A stretch of DNA of 64,000 bases. Source: Candidatus Komeilibacteria bacterium. GTDB lineage: Bacteria; Patescibacteriota; Patescibacteriia; UBA1558; 2-01-FULL-52-15. Location: positions 24,374-88,373 of the forward strand of contig JAZDLR010000001.1 in the NCBI GenBank assembly GCA_043801745.1. The letters are read 5' to 3'. A program made the position numbers and the translations under genes. Shown one piece after another: positions 10,516-21,895 of the stretch (positions are counted from its first letter, which is position 1; each line of letters opens with the position of its first letter). The notes beneath the pieces are model-generated. The model was not told the origin of the DNA, did no database searches, and saw nothing but the letters and a program-made list of their open reading frames with translations.

Positions 10516-12324
10516 ATGAAAAAAATCGTCCGCAATATAATAATCTACGTTGGTCTTTTTGTTGTGCTGGCTATTATCTTGGCGGAATTTAGCCTTTCGC
10601 ACACTACTGTCAAAACCGTTGATATCGGCACCTTGATCAAAGAAATCAATGACCAACAGGTTGAACAAATTGTAGTCAAAGGCAGCGAAGTACAAATAAC
10701 TCTCAAGAATAAGGAAGAACAAAAAACCCAGAAAGAATCCACCGAATCACTCAGCTCTCTGCTGGCTAATCTTGGTGTAGCTCCGGAGAAATTAGCTAAT
10801 GTTAAGATTGAGGTGAAAAACGATGCCGCCGGATCTTTCCTCTGGACTACTATTGTGCCTTTTGTCCTACCCATTATCATTGTCGGGGTTATTCTCTGGT
10901 TTATGTTACGTCAGGTCCAGGGCGCCAATAACCGCGCTATGTCTTTTGGTCAGAGTCAGGTCAAACAAGCTTCAGCTGATAAAAATAAAGTCAGCTTCAA
11001 AGACGTGGCCGGTGCCATTGAAGCCAAAATTGAACTGGCTGAAGTTGTTGACTTTCTGAAAAATCCCCAAAAATTTATTAATGTGGGAGCTAAAATTCCT
11101 AAAGGTGTCCTGCTGCTGGGTTCGCCCGGAACCGGTAAAACTCTGCTCGCCCGCGCGGTGGCCGGTGAAGCTAATGTCCCCTTTTTCCATATCAGCGGTT
11201 CGGAATTCGTGGAAATGTTTGTTGGTGTCGGCGCTTCCCGTGTACGCGATTTGTTCAAACGGGCCCGTAAGGAAGCCCCCTGTATTGTCTTTATTGATGA
11301 AATTGATGCGGTCGGCCGCCAGCGCGGCTCCGGTCTCGGAGGCTCGCATGACGAGCGCGAGCAGACCTTAAATCAAATTCTGGTAGAAATGGACGGCTTT
11401 GATAACCAAACTAATGTTATTGTCATGGCTGCCACTAACCGTCCTGATGTACTGGATCCGGCATTACTACGTCCCGGCCGCTTTGACCGTCAAGTAATTA
11501 TTGACATGCCCGACCTGAAGGACCGCCAGGCAATTTTGGCCATTCACGCTACTAATAAACCCCTGGATCCGGACGTTGATCTAAAAGTAGTGGCCCAACG
11601 CACACCGGGATTTTCCGGCGCCGACCTGGCTAATGTTTTAAACGAAGCTGCTATTGCCACCGGCCGTCAGAATTTGAAAGTCATTTCTCAAGACACTATC
11701 CTCTCCTCTATTGAGAAAGTCATGCTTGGCCCGGAACGAAAAAGTAAAGTTATTACCGATAAAGAAAAAAAGATTATCGCTTATCATGAGGCCGGTCACG
11801 CTTTAGTAGCACATTTTCTGACAAACGCTGATCCGGTACACAAAATTTCTGTTATCAGCCGCGGCCGGGCCGGCGGTTATACCTTGAAACTACCCGAAGA
11901 AGACCGCACCTTACACAGCCGCGCCGAATTTGTCGATGATCTGGCAGTCATGCTTGGTGGTTACGCAGCGGAAAAAATTATCTTTAATGATATTACCACC
12001 GGCGCCTCCAGTGATTTACTGCACGCCACTCAATTAGCCCGGTCACTGGTAACTCAATACGGCATGAGCGAGAAACTCGGTCCCCGGACTTATGGTCAGA
12101 AAGAAGAAATGATTTTCCTGGGCCGCGAAATCCATGAACGCCGTGATTATTCGGAGCAAGCAGCCGAAGCCATTGACCGGGAAGTTACTTCCTTTATTGC
12201 CAGCGCTTTCCAGACTGCTGACAAGCTGATCCGCGAACAAAAAGAGAGATTAGAAAAAATCGTGGCCGCTTTGTTTGAGAAAGAGACATTAGAACGGGCA
12301 GAGTTTGAAGCTTTGATGGCTTAA
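10516..12324 (+). CDS. ftsH: ATP-dependent zinc metalloprotease FtsH
   Basis: 2 TM helices, [28 protein letters not shown]. Confidence 0.98.
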   Translation: MKKIVRNIIIYVGLFVVLAIILAEFSLSHTTVKTVDIGTLIKEINDQQVEQIVVKGSEVQITLKNKEEQKTQKESTESLSSLLANLGVAPEKLANVKIEVKNDAAGSFLWTTIVPFVLPIIIVGVILWFMLRQVQGANNRAMSFGQSQVKQASADKNKVSFKDVAGAIEAKIELAEVVDFLKNPQKFINVGAKIPKGVLLLGSPGTGKTLLARAVAGEANVPFFHISGSEFVEMFVGVGASRVRDLFKRARKEAPCIVFIDEIDAVGRQRGSGLGGSHDEREQTLNQILVEMDGFDNQTNVIVMAATNRPDVLDPALLRPGRFDRQVIIDMPDLKDRQAILAIHATNKPLDPDVDLKVVAQRTPGFSGADLANVLNEAAIATGRQNLKVISQDTILSSIEKVMLGPERKSKVITDKEKKIIAYHEAGHALVAHFLTNADPVHKISVISRGRAGGYTLKLPEEDRTLHSRAEFVDDLAVMLGGYAAEKIIFNDITTGASSDLLHATQLARSLVTQYGMSEKLGPRTYGQKEEMIFLGREIHERRDYSEQAAEAIDREVTSFIASAFQTADKLIREQKERLEKIVAALFEKETLERAEFEALMA

Positions 12325-12339
12325 AAAATTTGGTATTTG

Positions 12340-12383
12340 AAAGCCCGCTCACCGGCCAGTGGCTGGATGAGCGGGCTTTTGTT
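12340..12383 (+). terminator. ftsH terminator containing GCCAGTGGCTGG palindrome
   Basis: AAAGCCCGCTCA..TGAGCGGGCTTT then TGTT. Confidence 0.75.
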
Positions 12384-12498
12384 ATCATACATCCCGACTT
12401 GACAAAAAACTTATTCTGTGTTTAGATACTTTATCTGCTCATTTACATTCAGTCATTTACCCTAGTCACTCTCACTACTCTCACGAAAGGAGAATCTA

Positions 12499-13545
12499 GT
12501 GAATCGGAATGCTCGCGACATCGCTGTGGCCTGCTTTATCGGCGGGTCAGCTCTGGTGCTACTGTCACTGATCCTAATACCTACACTGTGGTGGCTAGCT
12601 TTTCCGGCCGGTGCAGCCATTGGTTACTTTGGTTGGCGTTTCAGTCAGTCTGTGGCCGGCTTCAAGCTGGCCTGGACCCGCTACTGGCGAGGACTGGATC
12701 TGCAAGAAACTCTGACCGATATCAAAGATGTTTCTACGGCCTTGAGCCGAGCGATCGTGGCAGTAATTGCTACACATCTGTTGGGCGTTCTTGGCTTGAT
12801 CTCTGGCATGGTTCTGTTATGCCTGCTTGCGATTGTCAACAACGGACAGACGCTCAAGGCAGACTTTATACCCCTGTACAAGGAAGGGCTTACTGAATTT
12901 ATCAAGCTGACCCCATTCCTCACTCATCATTGGGGCTGGCTGATTCTGTGGTTTTCCGTGATTACTTTTGTCGGATATATGTTCCTGGCAATGTCCGCCG
13001 AAAGTCTGTTCTACCAACTCGCGAAGCGGAAGCAACATCTTGTTCACGACCTGGTCAGTGAACACGGCAATTACGACCACCATCCGGAGGTTAGAATTTC
13101 CACCTCACGGTTATTCTTCTATGCCTTACGCTTTGTGCTCTATGGCTGGCTAGTCTGGTATCTCGTACCAGGAACTATTTTTCTTGTCAGACACCTTATC
13201 AGAGGCGTTGCCTGGCTAGTGCTGAAGTTGGCGATTCTCCTGATAATTAAACTGCCAATTCTCCTGTTTTGGTGCCTGATCGGCCTCCCGGGGTTCATCT
13301 GGAATATCTTCCGCTTCATCCACACGCGGGAACGGCTAGTGGTGGCGGTGGATACTTTCCTTGGTGGTGGAGCAGTTGCCTGGTGGCTACATCAGTCCCA
13401 GCTTCAGCTGCCGCTGTGGCAGAATCTGCTGGCTGTGATTTTCGGTGGGCTAGCTGCCAGCATCATAGGAGTGGTCAACTATCAGTTGGTTGGCGTCAAG
13501 TGGCTCAAAACACTTCCGTCGGCCACTGAACGTTCCGAGATTTAA
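12499..13545 (+). CDS. Orphan polytopic membrane protein
   Basis: 348-aa ORF with many hydrophobic segments; AAGGAG SD plus GTG; own promoter and terminator (13547-13606). Confidence 0.8.
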   Translation: MNRNARDIAVACFIGGSALVLLSLILIPTLWWLAFPAGAAIGYFGWRFSQSVAGFKLAWTRYWRGLDLQETLTDIKDVSTALSRAIVAVIATHLLGVLGLISGMVLLCLLAIVNNGQTLKADFIPLYKEGLTEFIKLTPFLTHHWGWLILWFSVITFVGYMFLAMSAESLFYQLAKRKQHLVHDLVSEHGNYDHHPEVRISTSRLFFYALRFVLYGWLVWYLVPGTIFLVRHLIRGVAWLVLKLAILLIIKLPILLFWCLIGLPGFIWNIFRFIHTRERLVVAVDTFLGGGAVAWWLHQSQLQLPLWQNLLAVIFGGLAASIIGVVNYQLVGVKWLKTLPSATERSEI

Positions 13546-13689
13546 CTTCAACCCCCGTTCGCGACTTGAGACATTCAAGAACGCGAACGGGGGTTGTGCT
13601 ATTTTTGGCAAAACATTGTATAATAAACGCAATATTAAATAACTTCGCCCATCCGCCGACAGCGGAGGCGGAAAATACAAATACTAAAT

Positions 13690-14700
13690 ATGAAACCATT
13701 TTATAAACAGGTAGTGGCGAATGCTTGGTCAGCTGCCCTCAATAAACGTTGGCTCTGGCCCTTAGCTTTTTTCGCCTCCTTCCTCGGCTTATCAAGCACC
13801 TTTCAGATATTTTTCGACATCATGCCTCAAGATAACGGCCTGGTAGTCGACATCACCCGGACCACCAGTCAAGACTTTCTGACGGCCAATTTTGTCGGCT
13901 GGAGCAACGGCTTTTATCAAATCCCCTGGACCAGAGTAACTTTTTCTGACATACCGCTTCTGGCCCTAATCATAATTTTACTCTTCATTATCTTAGGCCT
14001 AACGGTTATAGTGATCAGCGCGCAAGGCGGTTTAATCCACGGCTTAGCTGCTACCTTCAGCAACCGCCGTTCAGATTTTTTTACTAGTTTCCGCGCCGGC
14101 TTAGATCGCTTCTGGGAAATTTTTGTTGTCAACTTCTGCTACCGTCTAATATATCTTTTCTTCCTCGGTGCCATTATTTTACCTCTAATGATTATTGCAT
14201 CTCATGCTTCTCGGCCCTGGACCCTTTTCTGGTCAATCATAATCTTTTTCATTGCTTTGCCGGCAATAATTATCCTGGATATCGTGGCGCGCTTTACTGT
14301 CATGCAGGTTGTTTTGGCCAAAGGCAAACTAACCAAGGCTATCCGTACGGCTTGGGATTTATTTAAAGCTAACTGGTTAATCAGCATTGAAACCTCGCTG
14401 TTAATCTTTGCCCTGCTTTTCGTGCTGGTGGTTATTATTCTGATCATCTTCTATCTACTGCTGATGCTCTTTGTCTTCTTCGTTTCCTTGATGCCCGTGG
14501 GCACCATTTTCTTCCAAATAGTTCTCTTTACTGGTCTGATCGTGGCCCTAGTAATAGTAGTCGTGGCTTTTATCCTCTTTACTACTTTCCAGCTGGGAAT
14601 CTGGACAGAAATCTTTCAGCGCATTAACCGCGAGCAGCACTTCAGTAAAGTCCACCGTGCTGTCAGTCAACTACCCCTATTCCATAAGAAACTATTCTAA
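13690..14700 (+). CDS. Polytopic membrane protein, function unknown
   Basis: 336-aa ORF with about 6 TM helices. Confidence 0.8.
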   Translation: MKPFYKQVVANAWSAALNKRWLWPLAFFASFLGLSSTFQIFFDIMPQDNGLVVDITRTTSQDFLTANFVGWSNGFYQIPWTRVTFSDIPLLALIIILLFIILGLTVIVISAQGGLIHGLAATFSNRRSDFFTSFRAGLDRFWEIFVVNFCYRLIYLFFLGAIILPLMIIASHASRPWTLFWSIIIFFIALPAIIILDIVARFTVMQVVLAKGKLTKAIRTAWDLFKANWLISIETSLLIFALLFVLVVIILIIFYLLLMLFVFFVSLMPVGTIFFQIVLFTGLIVALVIVVVAFILFTTFQLGIWTEIFQRINREQHFSKVHRAVSQLPLFHKKLF

Positions 14701-14782
14701 GGGGAATTTATTGAGTTTTCACAATCACCGCGTCAATCGTGGTGATTGTTTTGTCTTGGCTGAACAGGTATAATTCTGATAT

Positions 14783-16513
14783 ATGCCACTATTTAAAAAA
14801 CCTCAACACCTCGATACTTCTGCCCAGGACGAGCAACATCCTCACGTGATTTTGGCGACCAGTGATACAGAAAAAAAGCTGGCCAACAAATTAGAGGAAA
14901 TTGATACAGAAAATTTGGAGCACGAGGCCAAAACCAAGGCTGAGCAATTGAGTCTTAAATATATTGACTTACGAAAATTACCGATTGCCCAGGATGCCAT
15001 GCAGCTATTATCTGAAGATCAATCCTTAGCTTTGCAGGCTGTAGTTTTTTTGTTTAACGATAACATTATCCGTATTGCCTCTACTAATCCCCAGAATCCT
15101 CAACTGGGGGCCAAAATTAAGGAGTTAGAAGAGCGCTATTCGGCTCAGGTTATTGTCTATTACGTTTCCGAACAGAGCTTACAGCAATCTCTGGACAAAT
15201 ATTCCCGTATTCCCAAGATCATTGAATCTATCAGTGGTGGCGTAGAGATCAAAGAAGAAGATATTAAAAAATATGAAGCTGGTATTGCCACTTTCCAAGA
15301 TCTTAATAGTTTTATCCAAAAGGCGGCCATCAGCGATATTATCGCCATCATTCTGGCAGCAGCGCTAAAATCTGAAGCTTCCGACATTCATATTGAAGCT
15401 GAAGAAAACCAAGTTAAGTTCCGCTTCCGCATTGACGGCGCCTTGCACGATACCGCCAGTCTGCCGATAGAACATTGGGCCAAAATCATTTCCCGCGTCA
15501 AATTAGTGGCACGTTTAAAACTCAATATCACCGCTCATCCACAGGATGGCCGCTTTACCATATTCATTGACAAGAAAAAAATTGAAGTCCGCGTCTCTAC
15601 TGTACCGACCAGCTACGGCGAAAGTGTAGTCATGCGTATCTTGCGGCAGGATGATTCGGTCTTCAACTTTGATAATCTGGGTTTGCGGGGAAAATCCTAT
15701 AGTGAGTTGCAGGTACAAATTAAGAAGCCTAACGGCATGATTATCTGTACCGGTCCAACCGGTTCGGGTAAAACTACTACACTCTATGCTGTGCTCAATC
15801 TGGTCAATAGTACGGAAAAAAAAATCATCACCTTAGAAGATCCGATTGAATACAAAATACCCGGCATTAATCAAAGTCAAATCGATTCGGCTGGCAACTA
15901 TTCATTTTCCGACGGTTTGCGCTCCATCCTGCGTCAAGATCCAGACATCATCATGGTGGGTGAAATCCGCGATCTGGAAACAGCCGAAGTCGCCATTAAT
16001 GCCGCTCTGACCGGACATTTAATGCTTTCCACCATGCATACTAATAGCGCCGCCGGTGCCATCCCCCGTTTATTAGCTATGGGCGTCAAACCTTTCTTGC
16101 TAGCTCCATCCATTAATGCCATCGAGGCGCAACGTCTGGTACGTAAACTCTGTCAGTATTGTAAAAAACCCGCCGAGCTGGATAATGCCACCATGACCCT
16201 GGTTCTTAACGAACTCAATAAATTATCACCCGAATCTGGTTACAAAGTTGATAATTTAAATACTGTAACCTTCTACACCTCTCCTGGCTGTGAAAAATGT
16301 CACGGACTAGGTTATAAAGGTCGCATTGGCCTATTTGAAATCCTAACCATGTCTCCGGCAGTAGAAAAATTAATCCTATCCGGCACAGTCTCAGAATATG
16401 ATTTGGAAGATTTAGCCGTTAAAGCCGGGATGGTCACTATGATTCAGGACGGAATACTAAAGTCCCTTGAAGGGATAACTTCTATTGACGAGGTGTTGAG
16501 TAAAACTGAATAA
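14783..16513 (+). CDS. Type IV pilus/T2SS assembly ATPase (PilB/GspE family)
   Basis: [48 protein letters not shown], CxxC motifs. Confidence 0.95.
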   Translation: MPLFKKPQHLDTSAQDEQHPHVILATSDTEKKLANKLEEIDTENLEHEAKTKAEQLSLKYIDLRKLPIAQDAMQLLSEDQSLALQAVVFLFNDNIIRIASTNPQNPQLGAKIKELEERYSAQVIVYYVSEQSLQQSLDKYSRIPKIIESISGGVEIKEEDIKKYEAGIATFQDLNSFIQKAAISDIIAIILAAALKSEASDIHIEAEENQVKFRFRIDGALHDTASLPIEHWAKIISRVKLVARLKLNITAHPQDGRFTIFIDKKKIEVRVSTVPTSYGESVVMRILRQDDSVFNFDNLGLRGKSYSELQVQIKKPNGMIICTGPTGSGKTTTLYAVLNLVNSTEKKIITLEDPIEYKIPGINQSQIDSAGNYSFSDGLRSILRQDPDIIMVGEIRDLETAEVAINAALTGHLMLSTMHTNSAAGAIPRLLAMGVKPFLLAPSINAIEAQRLVRKLCQYCKKPAELDNATMTLVLNELNKLSPESGYKVDNLNTVTFYTSPGCEKCHGLGYKGRIGLFEILTMSPAVEKLILSGTVSEYDLEDLAVKAGMVTMIQDGILKSLEGITSIDEVLSKTE

Positions 16514-16570
16514 TCAGACTAAAAAAACAAATTGCCCCTCACCAGCCATTGGCTGGTGAGGGGCTTTGGT

Positions 16571-16768
16571 TTACACGAAGTACCGGCGGAAGACGAGCCC
16601 TCCCCAGATGCCCAGCACAACTCCGGTTAGAAGCAACATCAGCGCCAAGATGCCGTTAATCGCCATTGCCGGCCAGTGCGGTGATTTGGTCGTAGCCAGA
16701 ATAGCAGCACCCATGATCGGCACTGCCCCGCCCGAAATCAAAACAGCACCAAATAATCTGTTTCTCAA
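16571..16768 (-). CDS. Orphan small membrane protein (2 TM)
   Basis: TTG start at 16768 overlapping upstream TGA, preceded by GGAGG; two hydrophobic helices. Confidence 0.55.
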   Translation of the reverse strand: MRNRLFGAVLISGGAVPIMGAAILATTKSPHWPAMAINGILALMLLLTGVVLGIWGGLVFRRYFV

Positions 16769-17052
16769 TTTCGGCCTCCCAGCACCAGAGTCTCCCAATA
16801 TTGCCGCACGGCAACTGCTGCCGCCGCGGCCATCAGTTGACACACCCGTTCAGGACTGGACAGTCGCCCCATCTCCAGACTCTTACTGGCCGATTCGCCA
16901 CCGGCGGCGTGAGGGGGAACAGAACCCAAACCATTCACCGGGTCATCAGAAATCTCCACCTGGGAGATAACTTCAACTCCTGGCGGAGGTACAGAGCCAG
17001 ACGCACCGGTGATTTCTCCGGTGGCATCTCTTACGACGAACACGTAGTCCAT
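16765..17052 (-). CDS. Orphan hypothetical protein
   Basis: ATG 17052 with AGAGG SD; promoter TTGACT-N17-CATACT upstream. Confidence 0.6.
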   Translation of the reverse strand: MDYVFVVRDATGEITGASGSVPPPGVEVISQVEISDDPVNGLGSVPPHAAGGESASKSLEMGRLSSPERVCQLMAAAAAVAVRQYWETLVLGGRN

Positions 17053-17194
17053 GGCTGCCTCTTTCGGTTGAGGGTGTTTAAGAAAAGTACGCAAAACGGT
17101 CACTCTGACCATTGGTCAAGAGTATGCCTCAGTTTAATTTGCCAGTCAACCCCATTAGAACATTATATTTTAACGGGGTTAAGCAATATTAAAT

Positions 17195-17310
17195 ACCTCA
17201 CCTGTCCTCTCCTTCAAAAGGAGAGGAACGCTATTTAAGTGGCTTGCCCCCTACTGTTCCACCATACATCACCCCTCTCCTTTTCTAAGGAGAGGGTTGG
17301 GGTGAGGTTG
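17195..17310. repeat. Composite REP-like element (CCTCTCCTT..AAGGAGAGG double hairpin)
   Basis: Near-identical arms at 35171-35263 (inverted) and 62429-62544. Confidence 0.9.
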
Positions 17311-17325
17311 TCTAATAACATGGCG

Positions 17326-19970
17326 TTACTCTAACTTCACCCTAGCATCAGCCAACTTCTTCTTTACTTCGTCCACCACCTTTCGCGGCGCACGGGAAGT
17401 AAAATTACTATCGGCTAATTTGGCTTCTAAATCGGCAATATATTTTTTCAATTCGGTCTGGTCAACGCTTTTCTCAACTCCCTGAATATCGGTAATTAAT
17501 CTAAACCAACTACCTTTTAGTTCCAGCTTTGATTCCACCTGATCTACCAGCTTCACGCGGCCTAGTGTTTCAATAAATGGCTTCAACGAATCGATCTTTG
17601 GCTGACCAATATACTGTACCTGACTAATCGTAGCCGCTGCTACTTTATTTTCCGCGCGGGCATTACGTAATACGGTCACAATTTCCTGCAATTTCTTCAT
17701 CTCTTCCGCTGCCCCGGTTACCGAGCCCCGATTACCGGTTACTGACGCCTCCTCCGGCCACTGCTCAATCATCAACAACTTATCCTTATTCACCTGTCCC
17801 CAAATTACTTCAGTCACAAACGGAATAAACGGATGCCAGAGCTTAAGTAGATTCTGCAACAAATATAATAATAAGCCATCGCGGTCTTTTTTGGTCTCGG
17901 GTTTAATCCGATTCTCAATTTTCGCAAGCTCGAGATACCAATCCGCGAACTTAGACCAGGTAAAATCGTAAAGTTTTTCCGCGGCCAGAGAAAACATTTT
18001 TTCGTTTAATAAATTGGTTACTTCCGTCACTAACCCGGTATACTCGTACCAAATCCAATAATCTATGTCACCGGATAAAACCGGCAGTTCTTCGATTAAT
18101 TTCGGCTGTTCAACACTGGTTAAGATAAAGCGGGAAATATTCCACAGCTTATTAATAAAGTTGCGGTAGCCCTGAATCTTTTCCGTGTAAAATTTAGAGT
18201 CACTGCCAGGACTAATACCGGCAATTAAACTCAAACGCAATGAATCCGCGCCATACCGACGGACAATATCCATCGGATCAATGCCATTACCTAAGGACTT
18301 AGAAAACTTTTTGCCTTCCGTATCGCGCAACATACCGTGGAAATAAACTTCCCGAAACGGAATTTGATCCAGAGCATACGTGGACATCATAATCATGCGT
18401 GCCATCCAGAAAAACAGCAGTTCATAACCCATCTGCATCCAGGCTGTCGGATGATACTGCTTCAAATCAGGAGTTTCTTTTGGCCAGCCGAGAGTGCTGA
18501 AAGTCCAAGTGCCGGAGGAAAACCAAGTATCAAGAGTATCTTCATCTTGCTGCCAGCCATCGCCAATTGGCGGTGTTACTCCGACGTACATTTCGGAGGA
18601 GTTAGTAGAAAGAAGCAAGGAGGAAGGGTTATCTTCCCTAGCTTCTTTCTCCTTTCTCCTGTCCTATACCAAACCGGAATCCTGTGGCCCCACCAAATCT
18701 GCCGGCTAATACACCAATCATGTAAATTATCTATCCACTGTAAATAACTTTTGCTAAAGCGCTCGGGCTGAATCGCAATTATATTCTCTTTCTTGCCACC
18801 GTGCCCAGTAGTTACTGCTTCACGCATCAGATCTTTCAGACTTTTTCCTTTTTTAGGAATCTGCTTATTGACATCAACAAACCACTGCAGTTTAATCTGC
18901 GGTTCCACTGGCACGTTGCCGCGGTCACTGATGGCCACGCGGTGAAGATAATCTTTTTTCACGTCATAAACTAAACCTTTTTTCTCAAGTTTCTGAACAA
19001 TCTTAGCTCGGGCTTCGCTAATGCTTAAACCCGCGAATTCTCTGGCAATAGGCAGCATTTTTCCGTCAAAGCCAATAATCTGCACTTTATCTAATTTATG
19101 CCGTTCAGCAATATCAAAGTCAACGCTGTCATGCCACGGCGTAATGGTCATGGCGCCAGTGCCAAATTCCGGATCAATAACTTTATCCTTAATAACCGTG
19201 GCCTTCACCGGACCGTTAATCCATTCGCAGTCAAAAGTATCACCATGCTTATATTTCCAATAACGCTTATCATCCGGATGCACCACGACATATTTATCGC
19301 CCAATTTAGTTTCCGGCCGGGCCGTAGTAATGATAAACGGCCCAAAGTGAAAATAATATAAGGGAATATTTTCTTCCTGCCAAACCAGTTCATCATCAGA
19401 AACCGTGGTCGCTAGTTTCGGATCCCAGTTAACGATCCGGTGTCCACGGTAAATCAAGTTATCATTATACATCCGGATAAACATCTCATTTACTGCCGCT
19501 GATCTCTGCTCATCAAAAGTATAAGCCAACCGTGACCAATCACAGCTGGTACCCATAATTCTAATTTGCTTTAATATCGTTTCCCGTGATTTATCCGCGT
19601 AATCTTTGATTAGCTGTAATAATTTCTCGCGACCCAATTCTGTCCGTGGATCTTTATATTTACCCGAAGCAATTAATTCTTTCTCTACCCGTGCCTGCGT
19701 GGCTACGGCCGCGTGATCAGTACCGGGCAGTAACAAAGTTTTCTTGCCCAGCATGCGTTGATAGCGGATCTGTAAATCCATCAGAGCATTTTCCATCGCA
19801 TGGCCCAAATGTAAAACTCCGGTCACATTTGGCGGCGGCATCATAATGGCATAGGGCTCACCTAAACTCGTGGCTAATTTATCCGGATTAAAATATCCTG
19901 AACTTTCCCAGATATGATAAATATCTGATTCGTAATTCGCTGGGTTATATATTTTTGGTAATTCTTTCAT
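17326..19970 (-). CDS. valS: Valyl-tRNA synthetase, split into two frames by a 62-nt insertion at 18591-18656
   Basis: ORF 18576-19970 has PPPNVTGVLHLGH and WCISRQIWWGHRIP; ORF 17326-18618 has [9 protein letters not shown], KFSKS and anticodon domain. Confidence 0.95.
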
Positions 19971-19984
19971 AGTATTATGTTTGT

Positions 19985-20057
19985 CCTTCCCCTCCTTACT
20001 AAGGAGGGGTAAGGCCCGCCCGCCTGCGAAGCGCAGCGAGTCGGGCGGGGGTGGTAA
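19985..20057. repeat. CCCCTCCTT..AAGGAGGGG..GGGGTGGT REP-like element with nested palindrome
   Basis: Related copies at 55005-55060 and 58619-58670. Confidence 0.8.
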
Positions 20058-20300
20058 AAAAATAAAACGCCAATAATAACTATTCGCGTTAACGGCCCCG
20101 CACCAAGCGCCGCGCTGGTGCGGGGCAAGCCCCGACAGCTGACGACACTAGATACAGAGAGACACCACCTTTAACAATACTCAATTTTCGCTGTAACGGA
20201 GCGCCCCGGCACGTTCTACTACCCTTGGTAGGGATTCTTCGAGCTACTCTTCCGCACAACTAAGCGGAATTTCTAGGAGACATTACCTAGATCTAGAGTA
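20057..20300 (-). promoter_or_regulatory. Degenerate T-box-like leader of valS
   Basis: Minus strand shows AGTA motifs, CCGTTA, AAAGGTGGT (UGGU bulge fits discriminator A of tRNA-Val) and a terminator; the ACC after the bulge is missing. Confidence 0.45.
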
Positions 20301-20506
20301 TTTATGTTTTCAAATCGACACCCCTTTTAATTTGGCTTTTGGATAGCCATACCGAGGCGCACTTTTAATGTAGCTCTGGGCTTATAAATAGTCAACCCCG
20401 TTAGAAACGCATTATTTCTAACGGGGTCAAGCAAATTTAAAGAGCCCCGCGCATTTCTGCACAGGGCTCCACGGACGTGATGTCCGGAATGGGTTACGTT
20501 TGCTAA

Positions 20507-21127
20507 CTAGCTGGCAGGGCTGATACGGACAGCGGCGTAAAGGACCTCAAATTCCTGCAGCTTATCTACCCATATCGGCCCCACACTCAAACGTCCAGCA
20601 TCTCTATAAATATTGGCCACACGCTCCCGCTCGGCAAAGAGCCACGTAGTTCCGAGAGCAACTACGGTGGCCCTAGGATTGAAACCGGGAAGCGCTCCGA
20701 GAGCCAACAGCTCTTCGGCTCTGGCCGGCCGGTATCCAACACGCCTCATGCGGCACACTGCTTCCCGCGGACTGACGCTCCGCGAGAAGGGGAAAAGCTC
20801 TATGACAACCGGCACCTTTCCCCGGCCCCTGAGTTTGATGTCGAAGGCCGCCGTATCAAGGCAACGGTGCGTGTAACTGCCCAAATCCATCATGTGTGAC
20901 AGATCTAGGGAATAGTCCACAATTACGGAGAAAATCTGACGACCAGCGGTAAGTGATTCGGCAATTAGTTTGGCGATCTTCTTGCGAAGGTCGCCATCCG
21001 TGTGCACATTGCTCAACGCTTCGTCGGTCCTCTCACCGACCAGAGCACGAACGTCCTCGGCGATCCATTTGAACATTTCGCCCAAAACGCCTACATTGCT
21101 CACGAATCCACTCCAAGAACAAGCCAT
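20507..21127 (-). CDS. Orphan hypothetical protein
   Basis: 206-aa ORF, AAGGAGG SD, own promoter (TTGACA near 21290) and terminator (about 20440-20470). Confidence 0.8.
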   Translation of the reverse strand: MACSWSGFVSNVGVLGEMFKWIAEDVRALVGERTDEALSNVHTDGDLRKKIAKLIAESLTAGRQIFSVIVDYSLDLSHMMDLGSYTHRCLDTAAFDIKLRGRGKVPVVIELFPFSRSVSPREAVCRMRRVGYRPARAEELLALGALPGFNPRATVVALGTTWLFAERERVANIYRDAGRLSVGPIWVDKLQEFEVLYAAVRISPAS

Positions 21128-21396
21128 GGTTAGCCTCCTTCGTCGGCGTACCTCGTATCCCGCGCTTTGCAGGACGTAGGCGTACCGCTCTCTGGGGTAA
21201 TCTATATGGAAGCAGTGAAAACTGCCTATTTACTAGCTATGTTGTAATGTGCGTTGAATAACATAATAATAGCATATACATCAAAATCTGTCAATGGTTC
21301 GGCAAGCTCACCACATAAAAAAATGGCTATTATTAGCCACGTTAGAGAGCTGGTCTCTAACGGGGTAGCCATATACTGCTCAAAATATCCCTAATA

Positions 21397-21816
21397 TTAC
21401 CTAATCGCCCTCTCCTTCTCGCCCCTCTGCTCCACCCGCACCCTAATCGCGCCTTTGGGCAAAATCTCTTTTACCTTATCTCCCCACTCGATCAAAACAA
21501 CAGAATCCGGCTGACCCAGATAATCTCCCAGACCAATATTTAATAATTCCTCATGACCAGTCAGACGGTAAGCATCCACGTGCACCAAATTAGTAATTTT
21601 GCCGTGATGGACAGAGTATACTTTCATTAATACAAAAGTCGGACTATTTACCACCTCGGTAATACCTAAGCCCTTGGCTATGCCTTTAGCAATCACGGTT
21701 TTGCCGGCTCCCAAATTTCCTTCCAAAGAAATAACTTCCCCGCCTTTTAAACTGGCGGCGAATTTCTTGGCCCAGGATAGGGTTTGTGTTTCTGATTTAG
21801 AAATGAATTTTTTCAT
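21397..21816 (-). CDS. tsaE: tRNA threonylcarbamoyladenosine biosynthesis ATPase TsaE
   Basis: GNLGAGKT, VNSPTF, HVDAYRL, LIEW. Confidence 0.96.
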   Translation of the reverse strand: MKKFISKSETQTLSWAKKFAASLKGGEVISLEGNLGAGKTVIAKGIAKGLGITEVVNSPTFVLMKVYSVHHGKITNLVHVDAYRLTGHEELLNIGLGDYLGQPDSVVLIEWGDKVKEILPKGAIRVRVEQRGEKERAIR

Positions 21817-21820
21817 GTGT

Positions 21821-21886
21821 TGTTGTCACACTGAGCTTGTCGAAGTGCGACAACCATTGCCTCCTTCGACAGGCTCAGGATGACAA
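21821..21886. repeat. CTGAGCTTGTCGAAG / CTTCGACAGGCTCAG REP-like doublet
   Basis: Inverted pair between tsaD and tsaE; related half-copies at 1-25 and 21296-21314. Confidence 0.8.
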
Positions 21887-21895
21887 TGGTTGTCC

